Source of the DNA: Eledone cirrhosa
Taxonomy: Eukaryota
Assembly: GCA_964016885.1 (NCBI GenBank)
Contig: OZ024747.1
Location: 11,346,001-11,410,000, forward strand
Direction: 5' to 3'
Length of the DNA: 64,000 bases
Each line of letters starts with the position of its first letter. The first letter of the stretch is position 1. Shown one piece after another: positions 25,546 through 62,278 of the stretch. The position numbers and the translations under genes are program-made. Under the pieces are notes generated by a model that saw only the letters and a program-made list of their open reading frames with translations, was not told where the DNA came from and ran no database searches.

Positions 25546-26390
25546 GATATATATATAGTATACTAATCAGTTCACCATTTTTGCGATCGTTTCAGAAGGA
25601 TAATTGATCATGATAAATCAATAGTAATGTAATGTGGGTGGGGAAAGGTGGACTGCATCGCCTGTGAGAGTTGAAGTAACAACACCTGCCAATTTACTTG
25701 ATGACTATGCTACTAATTATACCAAACTGAACAATATTTTCTGTTATTTAAGCCTTATTAATTTGTAAAATAATCTATTTTTAGAACTGTTGGGTTGGGT
25801 TTGCATTTTTGAAATGTATGTTAGATATTTTTTCTTTTCTACCTCCAGGGTCTTTTATATGTCCAACTTGTTAGACTATTTTACACAGTGAAAAATGTGT
25901 GTTGAAATTGTTAACTTGAAGCTAACATACTCTAGGGTCCCAAATACTATGGGGTGGGGTGGAATAATCAGGAGGGTGGTAGTTGGAAAATCGGTAATTC
26001 TTCAAGGTTAACTTCATTGATTTTTTTTAAAAACTGGAATTAGTCGTTTAGTTTACATATTGAGACCCCAACCCATCCTATTTTTTTTTTAAAACATGGG
26101 ATTTCTATTAATGTACTTTTTTTGTCCTGTATGTTTTTTAATGTATAAAGAAAATTAATTATCACAGGAATGTTACCACTTAAAATATGTATTTAGAAAA
26201 TTCATAACTCACACAATTGGCCAATTGATATGACTTAAATAGTGAAAAACCTTTGTTAAACTTGCTTTAGTATAATTGGTAGCACAGTTGTCCACTGTAC
26301 AACAGATGTTAGTTTCAGCGCCACCAGTGATATGTGGTCCACTGTACCAACAGGTTGGGTCCCGACTCTTTAGAATATATATATCATTAT

Positions 26391-26576
26391 AGGGCGGTGA
26401 ATTGGCAGTATCAGTCGAGGGTTGGACGCCATGCGTTCTAGCATAGTTACGTCCCTTTACGGTTTGAGTTCAAATCCCGTCGAGGTTAACTTTGCCTTTC
26501 ATCCTTACGGGGTCGATAAAATAAAGTACCAGTAATGTACTGGGTAATTGCTGGCCTTGTGCCAAAAGTAGAAACA
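26391..26576 (+). mobile_element. tRNA-derived SINE family 1, full length, 46 bp upstream of the PDCD4 acceptor
   Basis: GGGCGGTGAATTGGCAG...GAGTTCAAATCCC...GTCGATAAAATAAAGTACCAG...GTAGAAACA. Confidence 0.88.
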
Positions 26577-26729
26577 TTTATGTCTGCTCTATATTTATAT
26601 GATATTTATTTTATACACACAGGTCTAGAAAGGCTGGGAGTCAGGAAAAAGAATTAGTGGATCAGTAAACAAGCAAAAAGAGTAAAAAAAAGAAGGACCG
26701 AGAGATATTCTCAGATAAAGATCATCAGT

Positions 26730-49537
<22,808 letters not shown>

Positions 49538-49756
49538 AATCTTTCCCTCAACTCTCCCGGTGCCAGTTGAACGACTCTGGACATTCCTCTTCAAAAACCT
49601 CCCTCACTGCTGTATAACCACTGATGATGTTGGGACTGTGATAGATGGATGGACGGGAGGGATGGGGGACAGAGGCAGACATGAAATACTTCCTTGGGGA
49701 TGGGCGGCGGGGGGGTTCATTTATTATTATTATTATCATTATTATTATTATCATTA

Positions 49757-49995
49757 GGATGGTGGATTGGCAGAATCAGTAGAGCATCAGAAAAAATAAA
49801 GTCCCTTGTGGTATTTGTTTTAACTATTTACATTCTAAGTTGAAATCCCAATACGGTTCACTTTTACCTTTCATCCTTCAGGCGGGAGATTGGGGTGGGG
49901 GTTGATAAAGTAAAGCACCAGTGAAGTACTGGGGTTGATTTAAACGACTAACTGCTCCATCCTAAATTCTGGCTTTTATGCCTATCTTAGAAGCA
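49757..49995 (+). mobile_element. Diverged SINE family 1 copy in the probable PDCD4 3' UTR
   Basis: TTGGCAGAATCAGTAGAGC...GTTGAAATCCC...CCTTTCATCCTTC...GATAAAGTAAAGCACCAGT. Confidence 0.65.
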
Positions 49996-50149
49996 ATGAT
50001 GATGATGATGATGATAATAATAATAATGGTAATTCTTATATTTAAGGGATTTTTTTTTTCTATTTGTTTCATTTATTTTTCTTGTTCAATTCTATAAACA
50101 TTGCAGTGTTCGAGCTGGTTTTTATTTACATTTATATAAGTGTGGGCAC

Positions 50150-50167
50150 CTTGTATGTTTGTGTGTA

Positions 50168-50212
<45 letters not shown>

Positions 50213-51252
50213 GTGTGTGTATATATATATATATTTGCATGCATGGATATATATATATATATATATACACATGCATATATATATATTTGTATATATGTAT
50301 ATATATATATGTTTGTATATATGTATGTATGTATGTATATATGTATGCATGTATGTATGTATGTATGTATGTATATATGTATGTATGTATATATATATGT
50401 ATGTATGTATATATATATGTATGTATGTATATATATATATGTATGTATGTATATATATATGCATGTATATATATATGCATGTATGTATATATGTATATAT
50501 ATGCATGTATGTATGTATGTATATATATGTATGTATGTATGTATATATATGCATGTATGTATGTATATATATGCATGTATGTATGTATATATATGCATGT
50601 ATGTATATATATGCATGTATGCATGTATATATATATATACATGTATATATATATATATATGCATGTATGTATATATGTATATATATGCATGTATGTATAT
50701 ATATGCATGTATGTATGTATGTATATATATGCATGTATGCATGTATATATATATGCATGTATATATATATGCATGTATGTATATATGTATATATATGCAT
50801 GTATGTATGTATATATATGCATGTATGTATGTATATATATGCATGTATGTATGTATGTATATATATGCATGTATGTATGTATATATATGCATGTATGTAT
50901 GTATGTATATATATGCATGTATGTATGTATGTATATATATGCATGTATGTATGTATGTATATATATGCATGTATGTATATATATATATATATATATATGC
51001 ATGTATGTATATATATATATATATATATGCATGTATGTATGTATATATATATATATATGCATGTATGTATATATATATATATATATATGCATGTATGTAT
51101 GTATATATATATATATATGCATGTATGTATGTATATATATATATATATGCATGTATGTATGTGTATATATATATATATATGCATGTATGTATGTATATAT
51201 ATATATATATATGCATGTATGTATGTATATATATATATATATGCATGTATGC

Positions 51253-51287
<35 letters not shown>

Positions 51288-51315
51288 TATATGTATGTAT
51301 ATATATATATGCATG

Positions 51316-51357
<42 letters not shown>

Positions 51358-51409
51358 TGTATGTATGTATGTATGTATATATATATATATATGCATGTAT
51401 GTATGTATG

Positions 51410-51451
<42 letters not shown>

Positions 51452-51461
51452 TGTATGTATG

Positions 51462-51497
<36 letters not shown>

Positions 51498-51551
51498 TGT
51501 ATGTATGTATGTATGTATATATATATATATATATATATGCATGTATGTATG

Positions 51552-51587
<36 letters not shown>

Positions 51588-52515
51588 TGTATGTATGTAT
51601 GTATGTATATATATATATATATATATATGCATGTATGTATGTATATATATATATATATATATATATGCATGTATGTATATATATATATATATATATATGC
51701 ATGTATGTATGTATGTATATATATATATATATATATATATGCATGTATGTATGTATGTATATATATATATATATATGCATGTATGTATGTATGTATATAT
51801 ATATATATATATGCATGTATGTATGTATGTATATATATATATATATATGCATGTATGTATGTATGTATATATATATATATATATGCATGTATGTATGTAT
51901 GTATATATATATATATATATGCATGTATGTATGTATGTATATATATATATATATATGCATGTATGTATGTATGTATATATATATATATATGCATGTATGT
52001 ATGTATGTATATATATATATATATATATGCATGTATGTATGTATGTATATATATATATATATATATATGCATGTATGTATGTATGTATGTATATATATAT
52101 ATATATATGCATGTATGTATGTATGTATGTATGTATATATATATATATATATATGCATGTATGTATGTATGTATATATATATATATATGCATGTATATAT
52201 ATATATATGCATGTATGTATGTATGCATGTATATATATATATATGCATGTATGTATGTATGTATATATATATATATATATATATGCATGTATGTATGTAT
52301 GTATATATATATATATATATGCATGTATGTATGTATGTATGTATGTATATATATATATATATATGCATGTATGTATATATGCATGTATATATATATATAT
52401 ATATGCATGTATGTATATATGCATGTATGTATGTATATATGCATGTATGTATGTATATATGCATGTATGTATGTATATATATGTATGTATGTATATATAT
52501 ATATATGCATGTATG

Positions 52516-52548
<33 letters not shown>

Positions 52549-52649
52549 ATATATGTATGCATGTATATATATATATGCATGTATGTATATATATGCATGT
52601 ATGTATGTATATATATGTATGTATGTATATATATATATATGCATGTATG

Positions 52650-52682
<33 letters not shown>

Positions 52683-52693
52683 ATATATGAATG

Positions 52694-52724
<31 letters not shown>

Positions 52725-53688
52725 GAATGTATGTATATATATGAATGTATGTATGTATGTGTATGTATGTATGTATATATATATATGCATGTTTGTGTAT
52801 ATATGTATGCATGTATGTATATATATATGCATGTATGTGCATGTATGTATATATATATGCATGTATGTATGTATATATATATGCATATATATATGCATAT
52901 ATATATATATATATGCATGTATATATATATGCATGTATATATATATATATGAATGTATATATATATATAAATATGAATGTATATATATATATAAATATGA
53001 ATGTATATATATATATAAATATGAATGTATATATATATATATATGAATGTATATATATATATATATGAATGTATATATATATAAATATGAATGTATATAT
53101 ATATATATAAATATGAATGTATGTATATATATATATATGAATGTATATATATATATAAATATGAATATATATATATATATGTATGTATGTATATATATGT
53201 ATGTATGTATGTATATATGTATGTATATGTATATATATATATGTAATATATGTATATATATATGCATGTATGTATGTATGTATATATATGTATATATATA
53301 TGCATGTATGTATATATATGTATATATATATGCATGTATGTATATATATGTATATATATATATATATGCATGTATGTATATATATGTATATATATATATA
53401 TGCATGTATGTATATATATGTATATATATATATATGTATGTATGTATGTATAGATATATGTATATATATATATGTATGTATGTATAGATATATGTATATA
53501 TATATATGTATGTATGGATGTATATATATGTGTATATATATATATGTATGTATGTATATATATATGTATATATATATATGTATGTATGTATGTATGTATA
53601 TATATGTATATATATATATATGCATGTATGTATATATATACGCATGTATATATACATGCATGTATATATATATATGTATATATACATG

Positions 53689-53739
<51 letters not shown>

Positions 53740-53772
53740 GCATGTATGTATATGTAGTGTATATGTATATAT
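50150..53772. repeat. About 3.6-kb compound microsatellite of (TA)n, (TATG)n and GCAT units
   Basis: Read directly. It is almost purely alternating purine-pyrimidine and explains the 800-1200 aa Y/I/M/C/H ORFs in all frames. Confidence 0.97.
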
Positions 53773-53775
53773 TAA

Positions 53776-53910
53776 TTTATAAGGAAAAGGTTGAGAGTGA
53801 TTTGAAAGTTTCCTCTGATATCTTTCATACACATAATTTTGAAGTTGCTCTCAACCTTTTCCTTGTAAAATAAAATCTATACACCTTTTATATGTATTGA
53901 GTACTTACTC
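53776..53910 (+). mobile_element. Inverted repeat with AATAAA and GTATTGAGTAC tail; Penelope-like terminus
   Basis: TTTATAAGGAAAAGGTTGAGAG vs CTCTCAACCTTTTCCTTGTAAA, tail at 53894-53904. Confidence 0.55.
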
Positions 53911-53958
53911 GGTTAATGTTTGTTTTTATAGTTGATTATACATGAAACACAAATATAT

Positions 53959-54002
<44 letters not shown>

Positions 54003-54672
54003 GTGTGTGTACAGACAGTATCATTTGTACCACACAAGTATATTTCTCTCTCTCTGTCTCTCTCTATATTACATTGTTTTTTACAGTTGCTACCCACCCA
54101 CTCACACACATTTTAACAATATCCCCTCCCCAACTTCTCCTTGTCCTTGCTTTATCCATGTTACACCCCACCTTGTAACTCTTGGGGTCCCTTGGTTTTC
54201 AGGCATGTCAGGACCCCATCAGACACTTTTATATTTCACCCCACTACAGTAAGGAAAGAAACATGGCCCTATAGTCGCTGTTTACCTCACTAGGTACTCA
54301 CTGAAGGTCCCTTCTTCAGGTTTCACTAGGTAAAGCCCCCCAGAGTTTTCTTTACACACTCACTAAAGCCCTCCACCCTATGTTTCACTAGGTACTCATT
54401 AAAGCCCTGCCTCCCCAGGTTTCACCCCCACCACCTCTACATCAGATCTCAAGCTACAATAACATAGGGCAACAATAACTGTCAATTCTAAACTTTTATC
54501 CAGCTTTTCCTTTTATATGGCTTCAATTATCTTTCACAGTATTTCTTCTATCTGTCTGTCTGTCCATCTACCTTGTGTATATATATGTAGTTTATGTAAT
54601 ATGTGTTTGTGTGTATGTACACACACACACTTACAGCCACACACACATCATGCATATACACCACACACCACT

Positions 54673-54703
<31 letters not shown>

Positions 54704-54789
54704 CCATCATCATGTCTGTTTCTTTGAAGAGGGTTGGACAGGTCTTCTCTAACTTTTCTCATGCAGCATTTTGCTATTTGTTGCTGTCC

Positions 54790-55148
54790 TATGTCTCCTT
54801 CTTTGTGAGGTTCTGTCCCTTGAAATCACTTTTGAACACTTCGCCCTCCCCATGTCGTCCTTCTTTTACCCACCTCTCATCCTCCATACACCTCACATGT
54901 CCATACCAGCTAAGTCTTCTCTCTAGCATGCTACATCTGATTCCTTTTCTACTCAGTTTTTCTCTCAACTCATCTGTGCTTTGTCGTTCATGTGCACTAA
55001 CATTACACAACCAGCATAATATTATATATATATATATTGTGTGTGTTTAAACCTACTAATAACTTTGTTTTGTCTGAGAGACAGCTCATGTGCTGTCTCA
55101 ACTCATCTGTGCTTTGTTGTTCATGCACACTAACATTACACAACCAGT

Positions 55149-55150
<2 letters not shown>
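54790..55150 (-). mobile_element. RTE-clade LINE 3' fragment with a partial duplication
   Basis: HERQSTDELREKLSRKGIRCSMLERRLSWYGHVRCM; the RLxWYGHV motif. Confidence 0.75.
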
Positions 55151-55226
<76 letters not shown>

Positions 55227-57853
55227 ATATGTGAGTGTTTAAAGGTACTAATAATTTTTGGTTTGAGAGACAAGTCATGCCCTCCCTTTTATTCTTGGTT
55301 TGTGACAACTGATTGTATCTTAAGGTCCATTTCAAGTGTTCCTAAAATTGGACTACCAATGATCAAGGCCTGGACTATGTATAGATGATACCTCAGTGCC
55401 TGGAAGGGTTTTGACCATGTATGTTGCACCATGAGTGCAGTGCAGTGTCGTGCAACTGTGCAAAACAGTTCAACAGCTGACCAGTAGGGATTGCTCCATA
55501 TTTCAGGTTCTTTTTTTTACACATTTCAGTATATCAGGCAGCATTTCACTGAAAGTTGTGCCCCATTTTACTACTAATCTCTTCCTGGATTACCTGTAGT
55601 GTATGATCAAGCTGAGGGTCAGTTTGACCTGTCTAACCATGGACTATGACAATCCATCCAACTCATGCCAGCATAGAAAACAGATGTAAAATGAGGATAA
55701 TAATAATAATATTTGATCTTTTGGAAGTCCATTCTACAAAAGAGACATTATATGGGAGCAGCCTCACTATTGTTGGTTGAGTTTTTTTTATAAAAGGATT
55801 TGTTTTTATTTGGAAATTTTTAAAAGAATTTTTGTGGTGAATTTGTTGTGATGCAGGTGAGCGCTTTGATAGATTTCAGCCCTTAAATTTCTGGTGACCA
55901 CCCCTGATCTTTGGCTTCTTGAAACAGTCCTTTCTTTTTGTTTCTAAGTAGCAGTCAAGTTGTCTTAGAGTAAGAAATGAAATAAATGTGGAAGAGGGCA
56001 GGACTGGTCTCTCTCAGTACATTCCCTTCCATATCTTAAGCCATCATCTTCAACCACCTTCTGTCGGTAGAAAGAGTAAAGTATTTAGAAATTTTGCACC
56101 AAAAACATTTAGGGTTTGGGGGCTCTGTTGTGAAATGTGGCCCTTCTAAGGTTTTAATTATGTGTGCAGAAAATATATATATATATATACATATATATAT
56201 ACACACACACATGTATGTATGTACATATGTGTGTGTATATACATGTATGTGTGTGTGTGTATATATGTGTTTATACACACACACAATGTATTATATATGT
56301 ATGTACATATGTGTGTATATATATATATACATGTGTGTGTGTGTATATATGTGTATGTGTGTTTATATATATATATACGCACATATATATATATAAATAT
56401 ACATTTCTCATTGATCACAAGTACCACAGAGGTATGTATGTGGGTGTTGGAGTTTGACTACAAGTGAATGTCTTTACATTTTATCATAATGTTTTATCTT
56501 TTTATTTTTTCATTAAAACAAAACAAACAAACACACACAAATATACAAACAAGATAATAAAAACTTGAAGTGAAACTACGAAAGCAAACACACACAAGAA
56601 GGAAAAAAAGCAATCTTATTTGTGATAAGTCTTACTTTTTTCTTAATTCTGCTATTTTCTTAGGTTTGTATTCTTGAGCTTTCTTAAAAGCTGTAGTAAA
56701 AACTTTGAAACAGCCTTGTCTTGTTGTTGTTGTTGCTTCCTTGAATTTATTTTGTTGCCATTTGGAAGATAACTTAACAAAGGTTCTTACATAAAATTAT
56801 GTTGGAAGGGTTTTAAATAGATATAAACACTTTAACCCTTTAGCATTTACATTACTCTATATTTACTAATATATTTTCACAGTTAAGGCTTTACCTCATA
56901 ATTGAATCTGAGATTTTGATGTTATTTATTTTAAGAATAATACCTTAACATAAGCACGAGCAGCTGATTACAGCCAGTTTGAGCAGAAAGAGGTGTGAGA
57001 ATTCTGGGCGTATACAGCTGGTTTAAATGCTAAAGGATTAAAACGGTTTTGTATCAGAATCAGGGGTGTTTGGAACATAACTTAAGAAAGGTTCTTACAT
57101 AAAATTATGTTGGAAAGGTTATTTTAGATAAATATAAACACTTTAAAACAGAATCATGTGTGAGTAGTAGACCCGGAGATGGTTGGGCTCTACCAGGTTT
57201 TAAAATGCCCTAGAAACACTGTATCTCAATAGCAGGCCCTTTCATCTCATTCAGAAGTTACAGGACCATCCAACTTTAGTAGCAGAAGTTGGTTATTTTA
57301 ACATTTTCTGTGACTTAACGAAGGGAAAGCAATGGCAGTCAGGTTCTCTGAGATTGAGGGTGGGGTAACAGGAATCTACCATTTATTGTTTAATGTGGTC
57401 GGGGAGGGGTATTTATCTAAGACCTGGCCAACTCTTACAAGAGGCATCTAAGAACCAGCTTAAAGTGTGTTAAATCAGTCAAAGTAGTACGTCTACAATC
57501 CATTAACAAGTTCAGTAAAATCTCATGGACTTCTACACTGTCTGTCTACTAAATTTCACTGATAAGATTATGGTAGAGAGCATTTGCCAAAACTGCTGAC
57601 CAGTTGATGTGAAACCCTTAAAACCCAAGTGATTGTTGTGTTGGAAGTTTTTAACAACCATACAACGATGTTGGTCTGGCACTAGTACTACTGGTTCTAC
57701 CTTACACCTGTAACTTAAAGCAACAGTAGCACTAGAGTTTAACACATTGAAACAAATGAAGTATTGTCAGCCAGGTAGAGTGAGGCCAACAGTTACCTTC
57801 CTCCTCCCTCTCTCTCTCTCTCTACATATATGAAAGAGTTGGGACCTCGACAT

Positions 57854-57990
57854 CTGAGCTCTTGCTGTTTCAACAGCTAATTCTGAACGGTTCAGAAAAC
57901 TAGCTGTTGAAATGACAAGAGCTCAGCCGCCGGGGTTCCGACTCTCGTATTACCACATTCAACTACCCCAAGTATTGAGTACTCTGGTGA
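57854..57990 (+). mobile_element. Fold-back palindrome (57854-57926) with GTATTGAGTAC tail
   Basis: Centre TTCTGAAC G GTTCAGAA, tail at 57972-57982. Relatives lie at 33710-33800 (-) and 63169-63270. Confidence 0.6.
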
Positions 57991-58569
57991 GTAATAGTCT
58001 AACGGGTTTTACTGCATCCATTTTGATTTATATATACATATATATATATAACTCATCATTAGAACAGTCGTTAAAACAGCTAAATGCTGTCAAAGACAGT
58101 GATGGGCAAAAATGTCTGAGGACAGAGACAAGCGGCCAGTGATCAACAAAGAGACAATCCACAAGGTGGGTGACAGGCAGATGAAATAGAAAAGGTTGAA
58201 AGAGCTCTACACTGTCCACATTAGGAATATTGGATTACTGACCTCCGATGGTTTCGACGATGAGTGTTCCAGTTATTTGATCAACAAACCATTTGCTCAT
58301 GAAAATAACGTGTGTTTGAGTATTCCACACATGTAATTCTCAGGGAGATTTAGCATGACAGCGCTGGTCCTTTAAATCAAAGGTACACCTAGTTTTTGCC
58401 ATTTCAGTGAAGAACTAGAACAAGGTAAAATATAGTACTTTACTTCAAAACAAAACGCACCACCTGGAATCGAAATAATGACCGTACGATCGGGAACAGA
58501 ATACCCATTCCACCAAGCCACGTGCCTTCACCAGGTATGTGTGCATATGTTTTTGTTTGTTTTTTCTGT

Positions 58570-59070
58570 CTTATTCCTATGAGTCGTTGGGGCAGAGTCC
58601 TCAAACATGCCTTCCAATGGGTTCTGCTAGAACCAACTGTCTCCAATTGATCCGGCTGGATCCCCAAGCGAGACCAGCCAAGCTCATGGATGTTATCCAA
58701 CCATCTTGCTCCGGATCTTCCCCTGGGTCACCTGCCAGTTTGTTTTGCCCGTAAAATCTGTCCAGCGATTCTTTCCTGAGATGTTCTAAGCACAGGTCCA
58801 TAGTATCAGAGCTGTGATATCTCAATTCAGAGAAGCAGTGGCTCTACCTTCAGTGACTCTTCTAGCTACGCACTCCATCGAATAACATTACTCCAAAGAC
58901 CTTTCAGAGGAATCCCATTTCGGCCGCTTGTATTCGCGATCGTATTCTTTTGGTCATTACCCAAGATTGAGATTCATAATTAAGGGTTCATACGAATACC
59001 GAATTGAAGATAGCATGTTTGGCTTTTACACCTACCTCCCTTCTTCTGATGACCGAATGCTGAAGCTAAT
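58570..59070 (-). mobile_element. RTE-clade LINE 3' fragment (decayed)
   Basis: Collinear with 12140-12650 (e.g. CCAAGCGAGACCAGCCAAGCTCAT, GAATGCTGAAGCT). Confidence 0.8.
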
Positions 59071-59615
59071 TTTGTTAACTAACTTATTGTGTTCGCTCTG
59101 AAATGCAACGTGCAGACAATCATCTGCACACTTATCCCATTGAGCGTGTAAACTTCGACCGGTTGTCACTAAAATAAATTCGGTGATTTCCGTAATCTAT
59201 ATATAATCTCAGTTGTACACACATGGTAAACAACAAAGGCCATGCGTTGTCATTTCTCCGACGCAACTTGGACCCCTCCCACCCTCTTAATGGATGTGAA
59301 ATCTCAAATATAGGGACTAATAAATCGCTTCCAACGTAACTCTATCGTCTTTTTACAAGTTTCTTACGTTCTTTTACGCTTTCTACGCTTCGTCCTATTT
59401 CTCTCTCTCTTATCCCACTAGCACCTGATTTTGTTACCCAGAGATTTACCCATCTGCATAGTTGAGGCTTCCAAAACAACATTAACATTTTTTAAAATAT
59501 ATATTATCTATTCTATACATATATTTCACTAACTCCCTTTCTATTATCTCCCTTGCTAATGAAATTCGCAGAGTTGTTCCCCCTTGTATTTTAGGCCGCT
59601 GTACAAATGTTTAAT

Positions 59616-59784
59616 TGTTTCTACGTTTGGCACAAGGCCAGCAATTACCCAGTGCATACTGGTACTTTATTTTATCGACCCCGTAAGGATGAAAGGCAAA
59701 GTTAACCTCGGCGGAATTTGAACTCAGAATGGCAAGGGTCGTAACTTTATACGTCAAATATGGCGTCCGACCCTCTACCAATAC
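59616..59784 (-). mobile_element. SINE family 1 insertion flanked by a perfect 22-bp direct repeat (target-site duplication)
   Basis: GGCCGCTGTACAAATGTTTAAT at 59594-59615 and 59785-59806. Confidence 0.88.
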
Positions 59785-60038
59785 GGCCGCTGTACAAATG
59801 TTTAATGATGGTCCAATGCAAGGCCTTTCTTCACTTAAAACAACTTCAAGCACAAACATCACTTGATCTAAACGAATTTCACGTGTGTTGCGTGATTATA
59901 TCCTTTTCTTTTTTCTTTTGCTGCAGCATATGCAGAAAGGAATCTAAGTCCTTGACAGGGCTCACAGGTCATGTTTGTGCTACTTATGTATAAGGGAAAG
60001 GTCACGGGATGGCAATTCTCAAAACAGATGCAGCCATA

Positions 60039-60217
60039 GATTGGCAGTATCGGTAGAGGGTCAGACACCATGCTTTGACGCATTGAGTTACGGCCCTTGC
60101 AATTCTGAGTTCAAATCCCGCCGAGGTTAACTTTACTTTTCATCCTTACGGGGTCGATAAAATAAAGTACCAGTAATACACTGAAAACTATTGCTGGCCT
60201 TGTGCCAAAAGTAGAAA
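60039..60217 (+). mobile_element. tRNA-derived SINE family 1
   Basis: TTGGCAGTATCGGTAGAGGGTCAGAC...GAGTTCAAATCCCGCCGAGG...GTGCCAAAAGTAGAAA. Confidence 0.88.
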
Positions 60218-60418
60218 ATTATATATATGTATATATAAGTAGTTCCACAACAGTTAGTTCACTATACCGAGAACAAATGCATGTATATACATTATGTGTG
60301 TATGTATGCACGCGTGCATGCATGTATGTACGTATATACATTAAAATGTCTTTTTTAATAACACTCAAAATAAAAATACGAAACTAATGCTACTAAAATA
60401 GCGATCATTTCTGCTACT

Positions 60419-60436
60419 GTCACATGACATCCGGTG
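60419..60436 (+). promoter_or_regulatory. Candidate IMMP1L promoter element: E-box GTCACATGAC overlapping an ETS-like CATCCGG
   Basis: Motif match about 410 bp upstream of the ATG in a non-repetitive, CpG-containing stretch. Motif match only. Confidence 0.3.
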
Positions 60437-60842
60437 CCGTTCTTGAAATTTCCCCTCTTTTATATACATATTTTTATTTTGTCTCGCTTGATCCTGTATC
60501 CTAGAAACTGCAGCTTCTGTGTATATCTCGTACATCACACGAAAACAAGTCCTTCTGACTTCTTCGCCCTCATAATGTTCTGTGTGTTGCTCGATTGTAA
60601 ACAGTTAAATGTCAAGCAGAAACATCGCCTCATTACTCTTATTTCTTTTAACATCCGGCGTTTCAGTTAAGAACAAGTCATGTCCTTTCGTTTTTTTATG
60701 CAGAACTGAACCCTGCCTCTTTGCTCTTACTTTTATTAATTTCCAAAGCCGTCGTCCATCGCTCAATCTTTGTATCTACTCTGGAACTTAGCTTTACAAA
60801 CAGACTTTAAAATAAATCTTATAAACTTCCGAAAGCGAAGCT

Positions 60843-61325
60843 ATGAAATGGCGCCCTCTGTCGTATCTGACCAAAGCGGGTCGTGTTACCTTCATTGTAT
60901 TCCAGATTGGCTGTATGGCTTACTGTGTGAACAGCTACATTGGTAGTGTGGTCTACTGCTCCGGATGTTCTATGGAACCAACAATACGAAACAGAGACAT
61001 TGTCCTTACTGAACAAATCTCGGTGAGGCGAAATAGGCTCCAGAAGGGTGATGTGGTGGTGTCTATCTCTCCTGAGAACCCCAGGTCATTCATCTGTAAA
61101 AGACTGGTAGCCATGGAGGGCGACAGCATCTACAATGACATTGAGAACAGTTTCCAGTACATACCACGGGGACATGTCTGGCTGCAAGGTGACAACAAGT
61201 CCAACTCCAGTGATTCACGTTTCTATGGACCCGTCCCTTATGGACTCATAAGGGGCCGAGTGTGCCTCAAGATCTGGCCTCTCTTTAAATTCGGCAAGCT
61301 ACCATATTCAGATTGTATAGACTGA
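60843..61325 (+). CDS. IMMP1L: Mitochondrial inner membrane protease subunit 1 (peptidase S26), single-exon CDS, 160 aa
   Basis: CSGCSMEPT (catalytic Ser), GDVVVSISPENP, ICKRLVAMEGD (catalytic Lys) and IPRGHVWLQGDNKSNSSDSRFYGPVPYGLIRGRV..KIWP. The SMEPT and ICKR boxes are Imp1-type. Confidence 0.93.
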   Translation: MKWRPLSYLTKAGRVTFIVFQIGCMAYCVNSYIGSVVYCSGCSMEPTIRNRDIVLTEQISVRRNRLQKGDVVVSISPENPRSFICKRLVAMEGDSIYNDIENSFQYIPRGHVWLQGDNKSNSSDSRFYGPVPYGLIRGRVCLKIWPLFKFGKLPYSDCID

Positions 61326-61699
61326 TAAAATTGCCCGATTATTTTACTCTACAGTCACCAGGATGTGTGTGTAAATATGTATGTAGGATTACTTATACGG
61401 AATTCTTTTTTAACTCTGGTTGAACCCTCCTATGATCAAATGTGTTCCAGCTGTGACAATCCTGTATTTTATTTTTATTCAGATACAATATACGTTGGAC
61501 CGCATTATCTAATGTGTTTTTGATTTATTAAAGATTGTATTGTGTAATCTGAGGGATTTTTGGCTGTTATTTCTAGCAGATCAACCGATCCCTCAGAGGT
61601 TCGCTTGATGTGTATGCCTACATATTTACTTTATATGTACATATTCTATATACATATACGTTAAGTTTGTATATAATTTATATATATATATATATACTT

Positions 61700-61748
<49 letters not shown>

Positions 61749-62278
61749 TTTATGAGTGTATATGAAAAAAAAAAAAATATATATATACATTAAGTGTGTA
61801 TATAATATCAGCATGGGTTAGACGAGTTGTCCTGTTACAGGCAATGCTAGGTCAGGTGACCATGATTTGCTTATACAGAACCGATTTGGGTTGGTTTCTA
61901 CAGCTGGATGTCCTTTCTATATAATATATATATGTATATATATATATACTTTATGTGTATATAATTCTTAAACCTTTCTGAATAAACTCAGATGTATTTA
62001 TTTATTAATTCATTCTTCTGTAATTTTCCACATGTAATCTTCACAGATCATACCAAGCCTGACTCTATGTACAGAGTCTGGAGGTGTGAGAGGAAGCAAG
62101 CCTTCCCCCTAACAGGGTCATGCCAATCTTGTCTTCTTCAACAGCAAAAAAACAATCTCTGCTCACATCAAGAAAATATTGCACCCCTCTCTCCTTAAAA
62201 AGGAATAACATGCAACTAAAGCCCTACTGATCACTCCAAACGCCAGGCCTCATAATTAACTGAGGATCTGTCATGGTG

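Noticed and set aside
26391-26576. Functional tRNA genes at the GTTCAAATCC boxes
   Set aside because: No cloverleaf; they continue into the shared SINE body seen in many copies.
50064-53873. Very long ORFs of 800-1236 aa on both strands
   Set aside because: These are translations of the (TA)n/(TATG)n array, which lacks stop codons by composition. They are open in all frames and have no domain content.
62048-62198. Possible extra coding exon downstream of IMMP1L (acceptor-like TTCACAG)
   Set aside because: The IMMP1L ORF is already complete and this peptide has no recognisable similarity; at most a UTR exon.
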